Source: an uncultured Gemmatimonadales bacterium
GTDB taxonomy: Bacteria; Gemmatimonadota; Gemmatimonadetes; Longimicrobiales; Longimicrobiaceae
Length of the DNA stretch: 64,000 bases
Assembly: GCA_963716255.1 (NCBI GenBank)
Contig: OY970303.1
Coordinates: 7,840,001-7,904,000 of the forward strand
Direction of reading: 5' to 3'
Numbering within the stretch: position 1 is the first letter of the stretch; each line of letters opens with the position of its first letter. Under the pieces are notes generated by a model that saw only the letters and a program-made list of their open reading frames with translations, was not told the DNA's origin and ran no database searches. Below, piece after piece: positions 17,388 to 64,000 of this stretch. The position numbers were made by a program, and so were the translations under genes.

Positions 17388-19306
17388 GGACCACGATCAG
17401 TGCGATACAGAAGCTGACGGCTGGAGATCCTGAGACCCGGAGTGCCGATCTGGTCGCCGGGAACGTCGAGCGGCTTCGAGAGCTGTTCCCCGAGGCGTTC
17501 ACGGAGGACGGGATCGACTTCGAGGTCCTGAAGCAGCTGCTCGGCGGGCAGGTGAACGAGCGCGACGAGAAGTACGGCCTCAACTGGCACGGCAAGCGCC
17601 AGGCACGCCAGCTCGCGCTCTCGCCTTCTTTGGGCACGCTGAGGCCCGCACCGGAGGAGAGCGTGGACTGGGAGACCACGCAGAATCTGATGATCGAAGG
17701 TGACAACCTGGAGGTGCTCAAGCTTCTCCAGAAGAGCTATGCACGAAAAGTAAAGCTGATCTACATCGATCCACCGTACAACACCGGGAAAGATTTCATC
17801 TTTCCTGACGATTTCCGAGACAGCATCAAGAACTATCACGAGACTACAAGGCAAGTCGGTGAGGGTGGCCGGAAGCTCTCTTCGAATACTGAAGCTTCGG
17901 GTCGCTTCCACACCGATTGGCTGAACATGATGTACCCGCGGCTGAAGCTCGCGCACAGCCTTCTAGAAGATCATGGCGTCATCTTCATCAGCATTGACGA
18001 TAACGAGGTACAGAATCTTCGCGCCATCTGTGATGAGGTTTTTGGCGATGAGAACTTCATCGCGACAGTGATTTGGCAGAAGGTATATTCGCCCAAAAAT
18101 TCGGCGCGTCACTTTTCAGAGGATCATGACTATGTGGTCGTATACGCGCGGAATGCCGAGGTTTGGACACCCAAGCTGTTAGCAAGAACTGCAGAAATGG
18201 AGGCCCGCTACGAGAATCCTGACAATGATCCGCGTGGACCTTGGAAACCGGCTGATCTGTCAGCCAGAAACTATTATGGTGAAGGAACCTATGCTCTTAC
18301 CTGTCCCTCTGGCCGCGTTATTCAGGGACCGCCTGCAGGGCGTTATTGGGCAGTTTCTAAGACGAAGTTTGACGAATTAAATCACGACAGGCGGATCTGG
18401 TGGGGCAGAGATGGCAACAATGCACCTGCTGTAAAGCGTTTTCTATCTGAGGTTAAAGATGGTCGCGTTCCACAAACGCTTTGGTTCTACAAGGACGCTG
18501 GGCACAACCAAGAAGGTAAGAAAGAGTTGATTGAGGCACTGCCCTTCGTGAATTCAGACGACGTGTTCGAAACTCCGAAGCCAACGCGCCTGATACGCCA
18601 GATCCTTGAAGTGGCGACTAGCTCTTCCGAGCGAGATCTCGTAGTGGACTTTTTTGCTGGCAGCGGAACCACGGCGCATGCAGTTCTCGCACAGAACGTC
18701 GCCGATGACGGGAATCGCCGTTTCATCTGCGTTCAGCTACCGTGGGAGCTTCCTGGTGCCGCCGTGCTCAAGGATGGAACGCGTTTACTTGATCTCGCAG
18801 ATATCACAAGAGAGCGGGTCAGCCGGGTCAGCGCGAAGATCCGCGCCGAAAACCCCGAACTCGGGGGGGGTGACCTCGGATTCCGCGTCTTCAAGCTGGA
18901 CAGCAGCAACATCCGGGCGTGGGAGCCGGATCCGGACGATCTGGAGGGGACGCTGCTCGACAACGTGGAGCACATCATGCCGGACCGGAGCGAGCAGGAC
19001 GTGCTCTACGAGCTGCTGCTGAAGCTGGGCCTGGACCTCTGCGTGCCGATCGAGGAGAGGACCATCGCCGGGAAGACGGTGCACAGCATCGGCGGCGGCG
19101 TGCTGCTGGCCTGCCTGACCGAGCAGATCGGCCGCGACGAGGTGGAGCCGCTGGCGGAGGGGATCGTGGCATGGCAACGGGAGCTGGCGCCGGCTGGAGA
19201 CGTGACCTGCGTCTTCCGCGACAGCGCCTTCGCAGACGATGTCGCCAAGGCCAACCTCGCGGCGATCCTCGACCAGCACGGGCTGAAGAACGTCCGGAGT
19301 TTGTGA
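17384..19306 (+). CDS. mod: Type III restriction-modification adenine methyltransferase
   Basis: EKYGLNWHGK, IEGDNLEVLKLL, DPPY, HTDWLNMMYPRL, PKP, DFFAGSGTT, GFRVFKLD; ATGA overlap. Confidence 0.96.
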   Translation: MRTTISAIQKLTAGDPETRSADLVAGNVERLRELFPEAFTEDGIDFEVLKQLLGGQVNERDEKYGLNWHGKRQARQLALSPSLGTLRPAPEESVDWETTQNLMIEGDNLEVLKLLQKSYARKVKLIYIDPPYNTGKDFIFPDDFRDSIKNYHETTRQVGEGGRKLSSNTEASGRFHTDWLNMMYPRLKLAHSLLEDHGVIFISIDDNEVQNLRAICDEVFGDENFIATVIWQKVYSPKNSARHFSEDHDYVVVYARNAEVWTPKLLARTAEMEARYENPDNDPRGPWKPADLSARNYYGEGTYALTCPSGRVIQGPPAGRYWAVSKTKFDELNHDRRIWWGRDGNNAPAVKRFLSEVKDGRVPQTLWFYKDAGHNQEGKKELIEALPFVNSDDVFETPKPTRLIRQILEVATSSSERDLVVDFFAGSGTTAHAVLAQNVADDGNRRFICVQLPWELPGAAVLKDGTRLLDLADITRERVSRVSAKIRAENPELGGGDLGFRVFKLDSSNIRAWEPDPDDLEGTLLDNVEHIMPDRSEQDVLYELLLKLGLDLCVPIEERTIAGKTVHSIGGGVLLACLTEQIGRDEVEPLAEGIVAWQRELAPAGDVTCVFRDSAFADDVAKANLAAILDQHGLKNVRSL

Positions 19307-22299
19307 TGCCGATGAAACTGCACTTCGAGCCGGACCTCCCCTACCAGCATCAGGCCATCGAAGCCGTCTGCGACCTGTTCCGCGGGCAGGAGATCTGCCG
19401 CACGGAGTTCACCGTCACGCGCGACGCGCTGGGTGGCCAGCACGCGCTCGCCTTCGCGCAGAGCGACCTGGGCGTGGGCAACCGGCTGACCCTGCTGGAC
19501 GATGAGGTGCACGCAAACCTCAAGGACGTCCAGGTCCGGAACGGCCTGGCGCCCTCGCCCTCCCTCGTCTCCGGCGACTTCACCGTGGAGATGGAGACCG
19601 GCACCGGAAAGACCTACGTCTACCTGCGCACCATCTTCGAGCTGAACAAGCGATACGGCTTCACCAAGTTCGTGGTCGTGGTCCCGAGTGTGGCCATCAA
19701 GGAGGGCGTCTACAAGTCGCTCCAGATCATGGAGGACCACTTCCGGGGCCTGTACGCCGGCGTCCCCTTCGAGTTCTTCCAGTACGACTCGTCCAAGCTG
19801 GGACAGGTGCGCAACTTCGCCACCAGTTCGCACATCCAGGTGATGGTGGCCACCGTCGGCGCCATCAACAAGAAGGATGTCAACAACCTCTACAAGGACA
19901 GCGAGAAGACTGGCGGCGAGAGGCCTATCGACCTGATCCGTGCGACGCGGCCGATCCTGATCGTAGACGAGCCTCAGAGCGTGGACGGCGGTCTGGAAGG
20001 GCGTGGAAGGGAAGCGCTAGGTGCCATGGACCCGCTGTGTACTCTGCGCTACTCCGCGACGCACGCGGACAAGCATCATATGGTGTACCGGTTGGATGCG
20101 ATCGACGCCTACGAGCGCCACTTGGTGAAACGGATCGACGTCGCCTCGGCCACCGTGTCGGCCGCGTTCAACAAGCCGTACGTGCGCTTCGTCGCGCCGG
20201 TCACGCGCGGAAAGAGCATCGCCGGTGCCCGTGTCGAGTTGGATGTCGAAAGGGGCGGCAGGGTGCGCCGTCAAGAAGTGACTGTGCAGGACGGAGACAT
20301 GCTGGACCTTACCACCAGTCGCGACGTCTACCGGGACTGCCGCATCGGGGAGATCAACGCTCGCAAGGGCAGCGAGTTCATGGAGCTGCGCGTGCCCGGC
20401 GGTGAGCACTACCTCCGGATCGGCGAGGCGTGGGGCGACGTGGACCCCCTGGCAGTGCAGCGGCAGATGATCCGCCGCACCATTCAGGAGCACCTCGAAA
20501 AGGAAAAGCGGCTGCGGCCGCAGGGAATCAAGGTGCTCAGCCTCTTCTTCATCGACTCGGTGGAGAAGTACCGCCAGTACGACGAGGAAGGGAATCCGGT
20601 CAAGGGGCCCTACGCCACCATCTTCGAGGAAGAGTACCGGCGGCTGGCGAACCACCCGGACTACTGCACGCTGTTCGAGGAGGTGGACCTCAGCCGCGCG
20701 GCCGGGGAAGTGCATAACGGCTACTTCTCCATCGACAAGAAAGGTACGTGGACCGACACGGCCGAAAACAACCAGTCGAGCCGGGACAGCGCGGAGCGGG
20801 CGTATAACCTCATCATGAAGGAAAAAGAGCGGCTGCTCAGCATGGAGACGCCGCTGAAATTCATCTTCTCCCACTCCGCGCTGCGCGAGGGGTGGGACAA
20901 TCCCAACGTCTTTCAGATCTGCACGCTGCGCGACATCCAGAGCGAGCGCGAGCGGCGCCAGACCATAGGGCGCGGGCTGCGCCTGTGCGTCAACCAGCAG
21001 GGCGAGCGGGTGCGGGGCTTCGAGGTCAACACCCTCACGGTCATCGCCACCGAGAGCTACGAGCAGTTCGCCGAAGGATTGCAGCGCGAGTTGGAAGATC
21101 CGCAGACCGGGATCGGGATCCGCTTCGGCGTGGTGGAGCCCCACCAGTTCGCGACCATACCCGTGCTCACCGAGGATGGACGCACGTTGCCGCTGGGGGT
21201 GGAGCAGTCCAAGGTGATCTGGGAGCACCTCAAGGCCGCGGGGCTGGTGGATGCGAGGGGGAAGGTGCAGGATGCGCTCCGGCAGGCGCTCAAGGACGAC
21301 ACGCTCACCGTGCCGGAAGCCCTCACGGCTCAGCTGCCGCAGATCAAGGAAGTGCTGCGCAAGCTGGCGGGCCGCCTTGAGATTCGGAACGCGGACGAGC
21401 GCCGCCCTGTGCGTCCGCGCGAGGCAGTGCTCCACAGCCCCGAGTTCCTGGCCCTGTGGGACCGGATCAAGCAGAAGACCACCTATCGTGTGGACTTCGA
21501 CAACGGGAAGCTGATCAAGTGTTGCATCGAGGCCCTCAGGGACGCGCCGCCCATCACCCGCGCACGGTTGCAGTGGCGCAGGGCGGACATCGCCATCGGC
21601 AGGGCGGGCGTGGAGGCCACAGAGCGCGAGGGCGCGTCACAGGTGACGCTGGATGAAGGAGACATCCAGCTCCCGGACCTGCTCACGGTGCTCCAGGACC
21701 GCACGCAGCTCACCCGGCGGACCCTCCAGCGAATCCTCTCGGCAAGCGAGCGCCTGGACGACTTCAAGCGCAACCCGCAGCAGTTCATCGAGCTGGCGGC
21801 GGAGGCCATCAACCGAAACAAGCGCATGGCCCTTGTGGACGGCATCCGCTACAGGCGCCTGGACGGCGAAGAGTACTACCTCCAGGAGCTGTTCGAGCGG
21901 GAGGAGCTGACCGGCTACATGAAGAACATGCTCGAAGACACCCGGAAGTCTGTGTACGAGCACGTCGTCTACGACTCGGATACGGAGCGCGCCTTCGCCG
22001 ACGATCTGGAAAAGAACAGCGCCGTAAAGGTGTACGCCAAGCTCCCGGCGCGGTTCAGGGTTCCAACCCCGCTCGGCAGCTACAACCCGGACTGGGCCGT
22101 GGTGGTCGAGCAGGATGGAGCCGAGCGACTCTACTTCGTGGTGGAGACCAAGGGCAGCCTCTTCCTGGATGACCTCCGGGGCAAGGAGGACTCGAAGATC
22201 AGGTGCGGCGCCGAACACTTCAAGACCATCGCCGTCCGGGAAAGGCCCGCGAAGTACGTCACGGCGCGCGACGTCGACGACCTGATGGCGTACTGCTGA
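19306..22299 (+). CDS. res: Type III restriction endonuclease
   Basis: METGTGKT, DEPQ, LRYSATH, SALREGWDNPNVF, QTIGRGLRL, C-terminal YNPDW...ETKG nuclease; TGATG overlap (alternative start at 19312). Confidence 0.96.
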   Translation: MPMKLHFEPDLPYQHQAIEAVCDLFRGQEICRTEFTVTRDALGGQHALAFAQSDLGVGNRLTLLDDEVHANLKDVQVRNGLAPSPSLVSGDFTVEMETGTGKTYVYLRTIFELNKRYGFTKFVVVVPSVAIKEGVYKSLQIMEDHFRGLYAGVPFEFFQYDSSKLGQVRNFATSSHIQVMVATVGAINKKDVNNLYKDSEKTGGERPIDLIRATRPILIVDEPQSVDGGLEGRGREALGAMDPLCTLRYSATHADKHHMVYRLDAIDAYERHLVKRIDVASATVSAAFNKPYVRFVAPVTRGKSIAGARVELDVERGGRVRRQEVTVQDGDMLDLTTSRDVYRDCRIGEINARKGSEFMELRVPGGEHYLRIGEAWGDVDPLAVQRQMIRRTIQEHLEKEKRLRPQGIKVLSLFFIDSVEKYRQYDEEGNPVKGPYATIFEEEYRRLANHPDYCTLFEEVDLSRAAGEVHNGYFSIDKKGTWTDTAENNQSSRDSAERAYNLIMKEKERLLSMETPLKFIFSHSALREGWDNPNVFQICTLRDIQSERERRQTIGRGLRLCVNQQGERVRGFEVNTLTVIATESYEQFAEGLQRELEDPQTGIGIRFGVVEPHQFATIPVLTEDGRTLPLGVEQSKVIWEHLKAAGLVDARGKVQDALRQALKDDTLTVPEALTAQLPQIKEVLRKLAGRLEIRNADERRPVRPREAVLHSPEFLALWDRIKQKTTYRVDFDNGKLIKCCIEALRDAPPITRARLQWRRADIAIGRAGVEATEREGASQVTLDEGDIQLPDLLTVLQDRTQLTRRTLQRILSASERLDDFKRNPQQFIELAAEAINRNKRMALVDGIRYRRLDGEEYYLQELFEREELTGYMKNMLEDTRKSVYEHVVYDSDTERAFADDLEKNSAVKVYAKLPARFRVPTPLGSYNPDWAVVVEQDGAERLYFVVETKGSLFLDDLRGKEDSKIRCGAEHFKTIAVRERPAKYVTARDVDDLMAYC

Positions 22300-22375
22300 C
22301 CCGCTTACAGGATGTGGGAGCTGGACTCCTCGCATCACGATCCCTTCGACTCACCGTGCACCCTTTGGCATCGGG

Positions 22376-22426
22376 TTGACGCGCACGGCGCCCGACTCGT
22401 AGCTTGAGGCGGAAAACATACGAGTC
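22376..22426 (+). promoter_or_regulatory. Putative NRPS promoter overlapped by an inverted repeat
   Basis: TTGACG-18 bp-TAGCTT; GACTCGTA-N17-TACGAGTC at 22394-22426. Confidence 0.4.
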
Positions 22427-22522
22427 CAGGCGTCTCTCTCACGCGACCGGACGGCGTGGGCTCGTCCGCGTCCGGCACCTCCGCCCGGCACCCGGCACAC
22501 CACCGCGCGCAGGCCCTGATCG

Positions 22523-44515
<21,993 letters not shown>

Positions 44516-44517
44516 AC

Positions 44518-64000
<19,483 letters not shown>

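Noticed and set aside
13417..22299. Calling the cassette DISARM or BREX
   Set aside because: No DrmA/DrmB(DUF1998)/DrmC or PglZ/BrxC; mod and res are canonical type III.
22300..22522. attR duplicate of the tRNA 3' end at the right edge of the defence cassette
   Set aside because: No match to GTTCAAGTCCCACCGGGCCCA was seen, so the island boundary is not defined.

Overview
Very GC-rich bacterial DNA; a Gemmatimonadota/Longimicrobium-like origin is only an impression from gene style. There are three blocks. (1) 1-13.1 kb, core genes: a DUF58/VWA/TPR (Bat-like) cluster, an ABC-2 exporter, upp, a class II aldolase-SDR fusion, mtnA and a tRNA(CAT). Their intergenic spaces carry at least three families of palindromic repeats. 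(2) 13.4-22.3 kb, a tRNA-adjacent defence cassette: SNF2 helicase, DUF4391-like protein, type III R-M Mod and Res, with no integrase in the window. (3) 22.5 kb to the end, a giant NRPS: one 7330-aa six-module protein, then a second protein open from 44518 past the window end (modules 7-12). The second protein is missing from the ORF track because it has no stop codon. The most unusual signals are: (a) REP-like palindromic elements inserted in frame at the same loop (just before the A3 YTSGSTG motif) in 9 of 12 adenylation domains, with insert subtypes that do not follow A-domain paralogy and with free intergenic copies; (b) a ~127-bp structured element whose copies bracket single genes (batA-like, upp) as inverted pairs, with covarying stems and a conserved GGYNGTWT loop; (c) a PRMT-like methyltransferase interrupting an A domain with an Arg-like pocket. 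Domain boundaries and A-domain codes were read by eye and are approximate.
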